A stretch of DNA of 64,000 nt from an uncultured Bradyrhizobium sp. (GCF_947648125.1 NZ_CANSMR010000008.1:172509-236508); one strand, 5' to 3'. Shown: positions 28,089 to 37,843, counted from the first letter of the stretch. A program made the numbers and translations. Notes: generated from the sequence alone by a model not told the origin.

Positions 28089-30392
28089 ATGAATTTGTCG
28101 GGCCGACTGGCGGCCGGGATGATGCTTCCCGTCGTCACCCTCCTGCTCGCGCTGGGCTTCATCCATGGCGTCACCTGGCCGGGCATTCTGCTCGCCGGTG
28201 GTGTGGTTTCGGTGGTGTTGATGACGGCTGAGATGATTGCGAGGTCGCTGTCCAGAACGCCCGCCCAGTTGGTGCGGGCGGCGGAGGCGCTGTCGCGCGG
28301 CGAGCAGCTCTCGATACACCCGAGTGGCGACGACGAGGCTGCTCAGCTCGCTGCGACGCTTGCCGAGCTGTCCGCGCAGTTGGGCAGCAGGCAGCATTTG
28401 CTGGAGAAGACCGTCGAGAGCATCCGCGATCCGGTGGTGGTCGCCGACGAGCATGCGATGATCGTGATCGTTAACGCCGCGGCGCGGCGGCTGTATCGTG
28501 TCGAACCCGGTTTTGACACCCTGACCGGCGTTCGCGCCTTCCAGAACTATTATGCTGACGGCACGACCGTGATGCCGATTGCCGAGACGCCGATGGCGCG
28601 TGCGCTGCGCGGCGAGGATATCGACGATTGCGAACTGATCGTCAAACCGCTGCGGCCGGAACCGGCTGTCTGTCTTGTCGCCAACGCCAGGCCGCTGCGG
28701 GACGATGCCGGCAATTTGCGCGGCGCGGTCATCGTGCTGCGCGATGTCACCGCGGAGCGTCAGGCGCATCGGGCGCTGGTGGAGAGCGAGCAGATGGCGC
28801 AGGCCATCGTCAAGACCGCGCTCGACGCCTTCGTTCAGACCGACCAGGACGGCATCGTGCTCGACTGGAGCCCGCAGTCCGAAGCGCTGACCGGTTGGAC
28901 GCGCTCCGAGGCGGTCGGCCGGCGCGTGGTCGAACTGGTGTTCCCGGAAGAGCTGCGGGTTGCCCACCGGCAGCGCATCACCCGCTTCCTGCAGGAGACC
29001 GCGGCCGGGGGCATGGGCATGCGCTATGAAACCGCATCCGTGCACCGCGACGGCCACCGGTTCTATGTCGAGGTGTCGCTCAATGCGCTGCGCCGCGGCG
29101 ATGGCTGGATCATCAATTCCTTCGTCAGGGACGTCACCCAGCGGCGGCGCGCCGAAGAGCAGTTGATCCAGGCGCAGAAGACGGAATCGCTCGGGCGCTT
29201 GACCGGCGGCATCGCGCACGACTTCAACAACATGCTGACCGTGATCACCGGCACGATCGAGATCCTCGCCGACGGCGTCAGGGACAACCCGCAGCTTGCC
29301 GCGATCGCCAAGCTGATCAGCGATGCCGCCGATCGCGGCGCGCAGCTCACCTCAAGCCTGCTGGCGTTCGCGCGCAAGCAGCCGTTGCAGCCGGCCGAGA
29401 CCGACGTCAACGACCTGATCGGCGAAGTGGTCCGGCTGCTGTCGCAGACGCTGGGGTCGCAGACCGAGATCAGGACGGAGCTCGGCCGCAACGCCTGGCT
29501 CGCCTTTGTCGACCGCAGCCAGCTCGGCGCCGCGCTGGTCAATCTCGCCATCAATGCGCGCGATGCGATGCCTGAAGGCGGCACGCTGACCTTTGCGACC
29601 CGCAACGTGCAGCTCGGGATTCCCGATGCCGTGGCGCACGGCGTCGAGCGCGCCGGCGATCATCTCGTGATCGAGGTGACCGATACCGGCACCGGAATTT
29701 CGCCGTCGCATCTGGAGAAGATCTTTGATCCGTTCTTCTCTACCAAGGAGGTCGGGCAGGGCACCGGGCTCGGGCTCAGCATGGTGTTCGGTTTCGTCAA
29801 GCAGAGCGGCGGCGGGATCGAGGTCAAGAGCGAGCAGGGGCGCGGCACGATCTTCAGGATCTATCTGCCCAAGGCGGACGGCAACGCGCAGCGTGCGGTC
29901 GAGGAGGACGATCTGCCGGTCAGGGGCGGCAACGAGACCATCCTGTGTGTCGAGGACGACCCCACGATCCGCGACTATGTGACGGGCCAGCTCGAAAGCC
30001 TCGGCTATAAGGTGCTGGTTGCGGCAAACGCAGATGCCGCGCTCGAGATCGTCAGCCGCGGCACCGCGTTCGATCTCCTGTTCACCGACATCGTGATGCC
30101 CGGCAGTATGAACGGCCGGCAATTGGCGGAGACGCTGATGGCCGGGCGCCCGGCGCTGCGGGTGCTGTTCACCTCGGGCTACAGCGATGGCGCGCTGCCG
30201 GCGCAACAGGGCCGCGGCGGCCACGGCATTCCGCTGCTGACCAAGCCCTACCGGCGCAGCGAGCTGGCGCGGATGCTGCGGCGCTGCCTTGATCTTCAGG
30301 TCGACTTTCAGGGCGATCCGGTTCCGCAGCCTTACTCCGTGCAGCCCGATCTCGAACGCTTCCTGCGCGAGAACCCGCCTGAGAAGACGTAA
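28089..30392 (+). CDS. Hybrid sensor histidine kinase/response regulator (TM-PAS-PAS-HisKA-HATPase-REC)
   Basis: H-box 'GGIAHDFNNMLTVITG', N-box 'LAINARDAM', G-boxes 'DTGTGI'/'GTGLGLS', and a receiver with 'FDLLFTDIVMPGSMNG...KPY'. Starts at ATG 28089. Confidence 0.9.
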   Translation: MNLSGRLAAGMMLPVVTLLLALGFIHGVTWPGILLAGGVVSVVLMTAEMIARSLSRTPAQLVRAAEALSRGEQLSIHPSGDDEAAQLAATLAELSAQLGSRQHLLEKTVESIRDPVVVADEHAMIVIVNAAARRLYRVEPGFDTLTGVRAFQNYYADGTTVMPIAETPMARALRGEDIDDCELIVKPLRPEPAVCLVANARPLRDDAGNLRGAVIVLRDVTAERQAHRALVESEQMAQAIVKTALDAFVQTDQDGIVLDWSPQSEALTGWTRSEAVGRRVVELVFPEELRVAHRQRITRFLQETAAGGMGMRYETASVHRDGHRFYVEVSLNALRRGDGWIINSFVRDVTQRRRAEEQLIQAQKTESLGRLTGGIAHDFNNMLTVITGTIEILADGVRDNPQLAAIAKLISDAADRGAQLTSSLLAFARKQPLQPAETDVNDLIGEVVRLLSQTLGSQTEIRTELGRNAWLAFVDRSQLGAALVNLAINARDAMPEGGTLTFATRNVQLGIPDAVAHGVERAGDHLVIEVTDTGTGISPSHLEKIFDPFFSTKEVGQGTGLGLSMVFGFVKQSGGGIEVKSEQGRGTIFRIYLPKADGNAQRAVEEDDLPVRGGNETILCVEDDPTIRDYVTGQLESLGYKVLVAANADAALEIVSRGTAFDLLFTDIVMPGSMNGRQLAETLMAGRPALRVLFTSGYSDGALPAQQGRGGHGIPLLTKPYRRSELARMLRRCLDLQVDFQGDPVPQPYSVQPDLERFLRENPPEKT

Positions 30393-30419
30393 GACATGGT
30401 CAGCCGCATCGGTGCGGCC

Positions 30420-30466
30420 GTAGGACGAGTAGAGCGCAGCGAAACGCTTCGCTCCACCCATCCTAC
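30420..30466. repeat. REP-like palindromic element, family C (compact copy)
   Basis: GTAGGACGAGTAGAGCGCAGCG / CGCTTCGCTCCACCCATCCTAC inverted arms. Same family as 33697-33780 and 45695-45778. Confidence 0.65.
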
Positions 30467-30496
30467 TTGACCCATGTCGGACGAGAGGAATGTACG

Positions 30497-31555
30497 GTGC
30501 AGGAAAGCGGCAAGATCGCGATCTTCGACGGCCATAACGACACGGCTCAGCACCTGGCTGAATACCGGGAAGGCGGGCGGGATTTTCTCGTGCGCTCCGA
30601 GGAGGGGCATCTCGATCTGCCGCGTGCCCGGGAAGGCGGCATGGCGGGCGGCCTGTTCGCGATGTACGCCAAGGCAGAACGTCCGCGCCAGGGCGATTTC
30701 ATGCGCACCGCCGACGGGTACGAGGTGCGCCTTGCAGAGCCGCTCGATGCTGCCTATGCGCGCCGTACCATCGATGCCCAGCTGAGTGGACTGGAGACCA
30801 TGGTGGCTCGCGCCGGCGGAAAAATCCGCTGCGCGACCACCGTGGACGAGATCGAGGCGGCACGGCGGGACGCGGCATTTTCAATCGTGCTACACCTCGA
30901 GGGCGCCGAAGCGATCGACGCCGATCTGGACGGGCTGGCGAGGCTCTACGCCCGCGGCTTGCGTTCGCTCGGCCTGGTCTGGAGCCGTCCGAACATCTTC
31001 GGCCACGGTGTGCCGTTCGCTTATCCGCGCTCCCCCGATACCGGCCCCGGTCTGACCGACGCGGGGAAGGCGCTGGTGAAGGCCTGCAATGAGCTCGGCA
31101 TCATGCTCGACGCGGCCCACCTCAACGAGCGCGGGTTCTGGGATCTGGCAGCGATCAGCACCGCGCCCATCGTGGCCACCCACGCTTGCGCGCATGCGGT
31201 CTGCCCCGCGACCCGCAACCTGACCGACGGGCAACTCGACGCGGTCAGAGCATCGGGCGGCGTCGTCGGCTTCAATTTCAGTGTGTCCGAGGTGCGTCCG
31301 GACGGGCACCGCGACCCGGACATCCCGATCGAAACCGTCGTCGACCATCTCAGCTACCTGGTCGAACGGATGGGCGGCGACCATGTTGCGCTGGGATCCG
31401 ACTTCGACGGCGCGCTCATGCCCGTTCCGCTCCGGGATGCAAGCCATCTGCCGAACCTGATCCAGGCGTTGCGCGCGCATGGCTATGACGACGCCACGTT
31501 GCGCAAGATCGCATTCGACAATTGGATGCGGGTGTTCCGTCAAAGCTGGCGGTGA
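30497..31555 (+). CDS. Membrane dipeptidase family protein (peptidase M19)
   Basis: 'IAIFDGHNDTAQHL', 'HLEGAEAI' and 'LGSDFDG' are M19 zinc-ligand regions. GTG 30497 has GAGAGGAA upstream. ORF-track TTG 30467 abuts the REP element. Confidence 0.85.
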   Translation: MQESGKIAIFDGHNDTAQHLAEYREGGRDFLVRSEEGHLDLPRAREGGMAGGLFAMYAKAERPRQGDFMRTADGYEVRLAEPLDAAYARRTIDAQLSGLETMVARAGGKIRCATTVDEIEAARRDAAFSIVLHLEGAEAIDADLDGLARLYARGLRSLGLVWSRPNIFGHGVPFAYPRSPDTGPGLTDAGKALVKACNELGIMLDAAHLNERGFWDLAAISTAPIVATHACAHAVCPATRNLTDGQLDAVRASGGVVGFNFSVSEVRPDGHRDPDIPIETVVDHLSYLVERMGGDHVALGSDFDGALMPVPLRDASHLPNLIQALRAHGYDDATLRKIAFDNWMRVFRQSWR

Positions 31556-31643
31556 AAACCACTGCACTCTTTCCATCGATCGTGATCTATTATCTGCACA
31601 ACAACGGCGCGGCCGGTTAACGGCCCGATTCAGGGAGCATGGA

Positions 31644-32711
31644 ATGCAGGACCGCAAATGGTCGAGACGCGACTGGCTCAAGGTGACGGCGGCGACGGCC
31701 GCAGGCATGGTGTTCGCCGAACCGCTGCGGGCGGCGCCGCCGCCGGCGGAAGCCGTGACGCCGGAGCTGATCGCGGTGGCGAAGAAAGAGGGCAAGATCT
31801 CGTTCTACAGCGCGCTGGAATTGAACACGGCCGAGCGTCTCGCGCGTGATTTCGAGCAGAAATATCCCGGGATCAGCGTTCGCGTCGAGCGCTCCGGCGC
31901 CGAGCGCATCTTCCAGCGCATCGCGCAGGAGCAGGGCAGCGGCATCCATGCCGTTGACGTCGCCAACTCGACCGATCCCGCGCATTACCTCGACTGGAAG
32001 AAGAACGACTGGCTCGCGGCGTACATGCCTGAGGAGGTCGCCAAGCATTTTCCGGCCGATCAGATCGATCCCGACGGCACCTCCGCGACATCCTGCGCCT
32101 GGTTCGAGGTGATCGGCTACAACACCGAGCAGGTGAAGCGCGAGGAGGCGCCGAAGAGCTACGCTGATTTGCTCGATCCGAAATGGCGCGGCAAGATCGT
32201 CAAGGGCCACCCGGGCTACTCCGGCGCGATCATGACCGCGACCTTTGTACTGGCGCGCGATCTCGGCTGGCCGTATCTGGAAAAGCTTTCGCAGCAGCGG
32301 GTCATGCAGGTGCAATCGGCGGCCGATCCGCCGAAGAAGATCCTGCTCGGCGAGCGCGCGGTCATGGCCGACGGCAACGACTACAACCTCGTGCTGGCCA
32401 AGGATCAGGGCAAACCGGTCGAGGTGGTCTACCCCACTGAGGGCGCACCGCTGATCATCGTGCCGAGCGGCATCTTCAAGAGCGCGCCGAACCCGAACGC
32501 GGCACGGCTGTTCCAGAGCTATTTCTTCAGCGCCGAAACCCAGCAGATGCTGGCCGACGAGTTCGCGCACCGTTCGTTCCACGCCAAGGTGAAGGAAAAA
32601 GCCGGGCATGTGCCGCTCGACAAGCTGAAGATGCTCAAGGCCGATCCGGCCCAGGTGCAGGCGCAGAGCGAGGAGATCAAGGCAAGGTACGCGAAGCTGT
32701 TCCGGGTGTGA
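31644..32711 (+). CDS. ABC-transporter periplasmic substrate-binding protein (Fe3+/polyamine-type), Tat signal
   Basis: Twin-arginine signal 'WSRRDWLKVTAATAAGMVFAEPLRA' precedes a type-2 PBP fold ('KISFYSALE', 'GYSGAIM'). GGGAG SD lies before ATG 31644. Confidence 0.8.
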   Translation: MQDRKWSRRDWLKVTAATAAGMVFAEPLRAAPPPAEAVTPELIAVAKKEGKISFYSALELNTAERLARDFEQKYPGISVRVERSGAERIFQRIAQEQGSGIHAVDVANSTDPAHYLDWKKNDWLAAYMPEEVAKHFPADQIDPDGTSATSCAWFEVIGYNTEQVKREEAPKSYADLLDPKWRGKIVKGHPGYSGAIMTATFVLARDLGWPYLEKLSQQRVMQVQSAADPPKKILLGERAVMADGNDYNLVLAKDQGKPVEVVYPTEGAPLIIVPSGIFKSAPNPNAARLFQSYFFSAETQQMLADEFAHRSFHAKVKEKAGHVPLDKLKMLKADPAQVQAQSEEIKARYAKLFRV

Positions 32712-32763
32712 CGGCCGGTCCCCCCATCTTGCGAGCGACGTCAACGACGAGGAGCATTGGACA

Positions 32764-33660
32764 ATGGCGATCGGGGCTTTGCGGACCGCGGATGTATGCT
32801 TTGATGGCCTTCCCGGCTATGCGTTCGCGCCCAACTATCGTGACGATCTTCCCGGCTATGCCGGTTTGCGCATGCACTATCTCGACGAGGGACGAGGCAA
32901 TGCCCGTGTTGCGCTGTGCCTTCATGGCCAGCCGACCTGGAGCTACCTTTACCGAAAGATGATTCCCGGCCTCGTCGCCTCCGGCTACCGGGTGATCGCG
33001 CCCGATATGTTCGGGTTCGGTCGCTCCGACAAGCCTGTCGAGGAGGCCGTCTACACCTTCGACTTCCATCGCGAGAGCCTGATCGCCCTGATCCGTGCGC
33101 TCGATCTCGGCCGCATCACGCTGGTTTGCCAGGACTGGGGCGGCTTGCTCGGTCTTACCATCCCGATGGACATGGCCGATCGCTTCGAAGCGCTGCTGAT
33201 CATGAATACCATGCTCGCGACCGGTGACCGGCCGCTGACGAAGGGCTTCATGGATTGGCGCGCGTGGAGCAACGCAAATCCCGATATGGTGGTCGGCAAG
33301 CTGATGGCGCGCGCCTGCCCGCAACTCTCATCCGCGGAGGCCGCAGCCTATGACGCGCCTTTCCCTGATGCCAGCTATAAGTCCGGTGTGCGCCGCTTTC
33401 CGAATCTCGTGCCGGACCAGCCCAATGCCGGCGGCGCGGCCATCTCACGCAAGGCGCGCGAATGGTGGCGAAGCGAATACTCCGGCAAGACCGCGATGGT
33501 GATTGGCATGACCGACCCGGTGCTCGGGCCGGCCGTGATGGAGGAGATGCGGCAAACGGTCCGCAATTGCCCCGAGCCGGTCACGCTCACCGCAGCCGGA
33601 CACTTCGTGCAGGAATGGGGTGAGGATGTCCTGAAGGGCGCGCTGCCGCTGCTGTCCTGA
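32764..33660 (+). CDS. Haloalkane dehalogenase, HLD-I (DhlA-like) alpha/beta hydrolase
   Basis: N-terminal 'FAPNYRDDLPGYAGLRMHYLDEG...LCLHGQPTWSYLYRKMIP', nucleophile elbow 'VCQDWGG', acid 'GMTDPVLG' and His 'AGHFVQEWGE'. It is collinear with my recollection of Xanthobacter DhlA. Confidence 0.85.
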   Translation: MAIGALRTADVCFDGLPGYAFAPNYRDDLPGYAGLRMHYLDEGRGNARVALCLHGQPTWSYLYRKMIPGLVASGYRVIAPDMFGFGRSDKPVEEAVYTFDFHRESLIALIRALDLGRITLVCQDWGGLLGLTIPMDMADRFEALLIMNTMLATGDRPLTKGFMDWRAWSNANPDMVVGKLMARACPQLSSAEAAAYDAPFPDASYKSGVRRFPNLVPDQPNAGGAAISRKAREWWRSEYSGKTAMVIGMTDPVLGPAVMEEMRQTVRNCPEPVTLTAAGHFVQEWGEDVLKGALPLLS

Positions 33661-33696
33661 CCGCGGAGGATGGGCAGAGCCGGGCAATCGCAGCCC

Positions 33697-33780
33697 GTAG
33701 GATGGGTAGAGCGAAGCGAAACCCATCGCGCCAGTGCAAGGTGTGAGATGATGGGTTTCGCTGCGCTCTACCCATCCTAC
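33697..33780. repeat. REP-like palindromic element, family C
   Basis: GTAGGATGGGTAGAGCGAAGCGAAACCCATC (33697-33727) is inverted to GATGGGTTTCGCTGCGCTCTACCCATCCTAC (33750-33780). A partial extra arm AGGATGGGCAGAGC lies at about 33667-33680. Confidence 0.75.
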
Positions 33781-33798
33781 AGCTCTCATTCTACGGGC

Positions 33799-34776
33799 TC
33801 AGGCTGCACGCATCGTGCGCTGCGCACGATAAGCCTGGGGTGACAGCAGCGTGAGCTTGCGGAAAGCCTTTCGAAAGCTGCTCTCGTCCTCATAGCCGGT
33901 GGCGCGGGCGATGGCCTTGATCGGTTGGGCCGTTGTCTCCAGCAGCGTGCGGGCGTGCTCGACGCGACGGCGCATGATGAAGGCCTGCGGCGGCTCGTGG
34001 GTCAATTCGCGGAAGCGGCGGTTCAGCGTCCGTTCGCTCAAGCCCAGCGCCTGCGCAAGGCTGCGCACCGTGATCGGCGCCTTGCCCGTTCGGCGCACCA
34101 GCATGTCCGCCTTCATCAGCAGCGGATCCTGGGCGAGCATGTAGCCGAGCGGCATGAAGATCGCTTGCGTGCGCTGCGCGGTGTCGATCACCGCATAGTC
34201 GGCGCAGACTTTTGCGACCTCCGGGCCTTCGACGAGCTCGATCAGCCGCAGCAACAGATCGACCCACGACATCGGGCCGGCGGCGCAGACCAGGCGATCG
34301 GCCTGGGTGAGCACGGCATCGCTGGCGAGATCGATCCTGGGATGGCGGCGGCGGAGTTCGCTTTGCAGCCACCAGGTGATGGTGGCGCGGCGGCCGTCGA
34401 GCAGGCCGGCATTGGCGAGCAGCAGTACGCCGCTGCAGAAGGCGCCGATCAAGCGTCCACCAGCATGTTGCTGACGCAGCCAGGCACCGGCTCGGTCATA
34501 TTGCGGCTGCAGGCGTTCGGCGGAGAGATGATCGACCAGGCTGCCCGGCACGATGATCGCGTCAAATGCCGTCCGCCTGCTGACGGCGCCGTCGACCGCA
34601 AGCAACTTGCCGCCGCCTGCGCGCACCGGCTTGCCGTCGAGCGAGAGCGTCTGCCAGGTGAAGCGCGCCTTGCCGCCGCGCAACTGCATCACATGGTTGC
34701 CGAGCGTGAGGATGTCGGCGATGCCGGCGACCGCCGATTGCATGCAGCCTTCCAGCGCGAGGATCGCGAGCTTCAT
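33799..34776 (-). CDS. GlxA-family transcriptional regulator (DJ-1/PfpI domain plus AraC HTH)
   Basis: N-terminal 'KLAILALEGCMQSAVAGIADIL...GAFCSGVLLLANAGLLDGRRATTHW-like' and C-terminal AraC HTH 'RSLAQALGLSERTLNRRFR...IARATGYEDESSFRKAFRK'. GGAGG SD lies before ATG 34776. Confidence 0.85.
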   Translation of the reverse strand: MKLAILALEGCMQSAVAGIADILTLGNHVMQLRGGKARFTWQTLSLDGKPVRAGGGKLLAVDGAVSRRTAFDAIIVPGSLVDHLSAERLQPQYDRAGAWLRQQHAGGRLIGAFCSGVLLLANAGLLDGRRATITWWLQSELRRRHPRIDLASDAVLTQADRLVCAAGPMSWVDLLLRLIELVEGPEVAKVCADYAVIDTAQRTQAIFMPLGYMLAQDPLLMKADMLVRRTGKAPITVRSLAQALGLSERTLNRRFRELTHEPPQAFIMRRRVEHARTLLETTAQPIKAIARATGYEDESSFRKAFRKLTLLSPQAYRAQRTMRAA

Positions 34777-34928
34777 GGGACCTCCGGAATTTGCCGTCAT
34801 CCTACCCGATCGACGCAGGCAGGCCGTGGCAGATATTGCCCGATCTCTGTCCGATCGGCCACTGCCTGATCGCAGTTTGCCGGTCCATCTTGGTTGCGTT
34901 GTCACAACCTCAGCAATGGAGAGAGACC

Positions 34929-35192
34929 ATGCCTTACGTCACCATTTCCACCGTTCGCGGCATTTTCGATGTCGCGCAGAAGCAGGCGCTGCTGCAGCGC
35001 GTCACCGATCTCATGGTCGAGGTCGAGGGGCAGGGTAACCCCGACTTCCGCCGCAACGTCTGGGTCAAGATCGAGGAGGGCGAGCCGGCGAGCTGGTCGC
35101 TCGGCGGCATGATCCCGACACCCGACATGATCGCGGGCAATTTCGGGGCGCTTGACGCCGGCGGACGGCGGGTCGCGAAGGCGAAAGCCTAG
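34929..35192 (+). CDS. Tautomerase-family protein (4-oxalocrotonate tautomerase-like)
   Basis: Starts 'MPYVTIS', with Pro1 after Met removal as the catalytic hallmark. 87 aa, SD GGAGAGAG. It is divergent from the GlxA regulator. Confidence 0.75.
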   Translation: MPYVTISTVRGIFDVAQKQALLQRVTDLMVEVEGQGNPDFRRNVWVKIEEGEPASWSLGGMIPTPDMIAGNFGALDAGGRRVAKAKA

Positions 35193-35210
35193 CCGCTGAA
35201 ACAAAACAAG

Positions 35211-35237
35211 AGGCGCTTCCGGTGGAGGCGCCTTTTG
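35211..35237. terminator. Bidirectional rho-independent terminator (copy 1 of duplicated hairpin)
   Basis: AGGCGCTTCC-ggt-GGAGGCGCCT stem is flanked by TTTT on + and by an A-rich run (T-rich on -). It lies between the convergent tautomerase (+) and GNAT (-) genes. Confidence 0.7.
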
Positions 35238-35270
35238 CACGCGGCAGGCCGCGTTTGCACACGACTGCAG

Positions 35271-35720
35271 CTATGGCCGGCGTACTTCGAAGTAGGTTTT
35301 GCCGCCCCGCTGAAATCCTGCTTCCTCATAGAAGCGGAGAGTGGTCTCCCGCTTCGAGCCGGTCGCCAACAGAACCTTGTAGCAGTCGGCCTGCCACGCA
35401 ACATCGAGCGCGTGCATAAGAACCCGTCGGCCGAGCCCCTGTCGACGGTAGTCGGCGTGAGTGACGACATTCTCGATCACGCCATATGATCTGCCGCCTC
35501 GCGACAGGTTGGGCACGATCGCGAGCATGCACGAGGAGACAAGCAGCTCTGCTGCTTGCGCCACGATCACGGTCATGAAGCTGGATGCAAGCAATGTCGA
35601 CCAGACTCGCTCGGCAGCGGCCGCGTCCAGCTCAGGATCGTGCGGATGAAGGTGTCGGTAGAGCTTCAACATCTCTGGCAGTTCGTGTTCTGCCGCAGAT
35701 CGGACGATGGCTTCGGTCAT
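35271..35720 (-). CDS. GNAT-family N-acetyltransferase
   Basis: 149 aa. The acetyl-CoA motif A region is 'VVTHADYRRQGLGRRVLMHAL', followed by 'FYEEAGF'. Confidence 0.85.
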   Translation of the reverse strand: MTEAIVRSAAEHELPEMLKLYRHLHPHDPELDAAAAERVWSTLLASSFMTVIVAQAAELLVSSCMLAIVPNLSRGGRSYGVIENVVTHADYRRQGLGRRVLMHALDVAWQADCYKVLLATGSKRETTLRFYEEAGFQRGGKTYFEVRRP

Positions 35721-35813
35721 GGGCTGATACCGCGGATCATGGCTTCGCAGGAATATTATCAGAGTTCATCGAAGTTTCCTTCGGCGCGTAGGATCGCGCG
35801 CAATGGATAGAGC

Positions 35814-35850
35814 GCCAAAAACAAAAGGCGCTTCCGGTGGAAGCGCCTTT
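35814..35850 (-). terminator. Rho-independent terminator of glnA (copy 2 of duplicated hairpin)
   Basis: AAAGGCGCTTCC-ggt-GGAAGCGCCTTT is a 12-bp stem followed on the minus strand by TTTTGTTTTTGG, 25 nt after the glnA stop. Confidence 0.8.
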
Positions 35851-35874
35851 CGCATTCGGGAGGTGCCGTAGAGC

Positions 35875-37284
35875 TTACAGCGAGTAGTACATCTCGAACT
35901 CGACCGGGTGCGGGGTCATTTCGAAACGGGCGACCTCGGTCATCTTCAGCTCGATATAGGCGTCGATGAAGTCGTCGTCGAACACGCTGCCGTTCTTGAG
36001 GAACGCGCGATCCTTGTCGAGGCTCTCGAGCGCCTCGCGCAGCGAGCCGCACACGGTCGGGATCTGCTTCAGCTCTTCCTTCGGCAGATCGTACAGGTCC
36101 TTGTCCATCGCCGGACCCGGATCGATCTTGTTCTTGATGCCGTCGAGGCCGGCCATCAGCATCGCGGCGAAGCCGAGATAGGGATTGGCCATCGGATCGG
36201 GGAAACGCACCTCGACGCGCTTGGCCTTCGGGTTGGCCGTGTAGGGGATGCGGCAGGCCGCCGAGCGGTTGCGCGCGGAGTAGGCGAGCAGCACCGGGGC
36301 TTCATAGCCCGGGACCAGACGCTTGTAGGAGTTGGTCGACGGGTTGGTGAAGGCGTTGATCGCCTTGGCGTGCTTGATGACGCCACCGATGTAGTGCAGG
36401 CAGGTCTCCGACAAATCGGCATATTTGTTGCCGGCGAAGGTCGGCTTGCCGTCCTTCCAGATCGACTGATGGACGTGCATGCCCGAGCCGTTGTCGCCAT
36501 AGACCGGCTTCGGCATGAAGGTGGCGGTCTTGCCATAGATGTGCGCGACCTGATGGATGCAGTACTTGTAGATCTGCATATGGTCGGCCATCAGCGTCAG
36601 CGTGTCGAACTTCATGCCGAGCTCGTGCTGGGCCGAAGCGACTTCGTGGTGATGCTTCTCGACCTTGACGCCCATCTTGGCCATTGCGCCGAGCATCTCG
36701 GAGCGCATGTCCTGCACCGAGTCCTGCGGCGGGACGGGGAAGTAGCCGGCCTTGGTGCGGATGCGGTGGCCGAGGTTGCCGCCTTCATACTCGGTAGCCG
36801 AGTTGATCGGCAGCTCGGAGGAGTCGAGGCGGAAGCCGGTGTTGTAGGGTTCGGCCGAATAGCGCACGTCGTCGAACACGAAGAACTCGGCCTCGGGGCC
36901 GACGAACACGGTGTCGCCCACGCCCATCGACTTCACCATGGCCTCGGCCTTCTTGGCGATGCCGCGGGGGTCGCGGTTGTAGGGCTCGCCGGTGGTCGGC
37001 TCGAGCACGTCGCAGGTGATGACCATGGTGGTCTCGGCGAAGAACGGATCGATCGTCGCGGTGACCGGGTCGGGCATCAGGCACATGTCGGATTCATTGA
37101 TCGCCTTCCAGCCGGCGATCGACGATCCGTCGAACATCGTTCCCTCGGCGAAGATGTCATCGTCGATCATGCTGACGTCGAAGGTCACGTGCTGCCACTT
37201 GCCGCGCGGATCGGTGAAGCGCAGGTCGACGTATTTGACGTCGTTGTCCTTGATCGATTTCAGGACGTCTTTGGCGGTCTTCAT
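35875..37284 (-). CDS. glnA: Glutamine synthetase type I
   Basis: 469 aa canonical GSI ('[18 protein letters not shown]', '[10 protein letters not shown]', 'GSGMHVHQS', adenylylation-site region 'NLYDLP'-like '[10 protein letters not shown]'). Confidence 0.97.
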   Translation of the reverse strand: MKTAKDVLKSIKDNDVKYVDLRFTDPRGKWQHVTFDVSMIDDDIFAEGTMFDGSSIAGWKAINESDMCLMPDPVTATIDPFFAETTMVITCDVLEPTTGEPYNRDPRGIAKKAEAMVKSMGVGDTVFVGPEAEFFVFDDVRYSAEPYNTGFRLDSSELPINSATEYEGGNLGHRIRTKAGYFPVPPQDSVQDMRSEMLGAMAKMGVKVEKHHHEVASAQHELGMKFDTLTLMADHMQIYKYCIHQVAHIYGKTATFMPKPVYGDNGSGMHVHQSIWKDGKPTFAGNKYADLSETCLHYIGGVIKHAKAINAFTNPSTNSYKRLVPGYEAPVLLAYSARNRSAACRIPYTANPKAKRVEVRFPDPMANPYLGFAAMLMAGLDGIKNKIDPGPAMDKDLYDLPKEELKQIPTVCGSLREALESLDKDRAFLKNGSVFDDDFIDAYIELKMTEVARFEMTPHPVEFEMYYSL

Positions 37285-37376
37285 GAATACCCCTTATGGA
37301 TGTGCGGGTCGGTTTCCAGCGGAGAGCGACGTTATTCCCGCTTTTGGCGAGTTCGTGTGACTGCTGAAACGAAATC

Positions 37377-37400
37377 AGGCTGCCGAAGCAGCCTTTTTTC
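37377..37400 (-). terminator. Hairpin in glnB-glnA spacer (possible attenuating terminator)
   Basis: AGGCTGC-cgaa-GCAGCCT stem has a T-run on the plus side and GATTTCGTTT on the minus side, 36 nt after the glnB stop. Confidence 0.45.
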
Positions 37401-37435
37401 TCTTTTGCCGTCAGAAAATCCGGATAGCACCGCCC

Positions 37436-37843
<408 letters not shown>

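Noticed and set aside
37303-37318. GG-N10-GC (sigma-54-like) match TGGAAACCGACCCGCA on the minus strand upstream of glnA
   Set aside because: It lies only 19-34 nt from the glnA ATG, so the predicted start site would fall inside the Shine-Dalgarno. The flanking consensus bases (TGGCAC/TTGCA) are poor.
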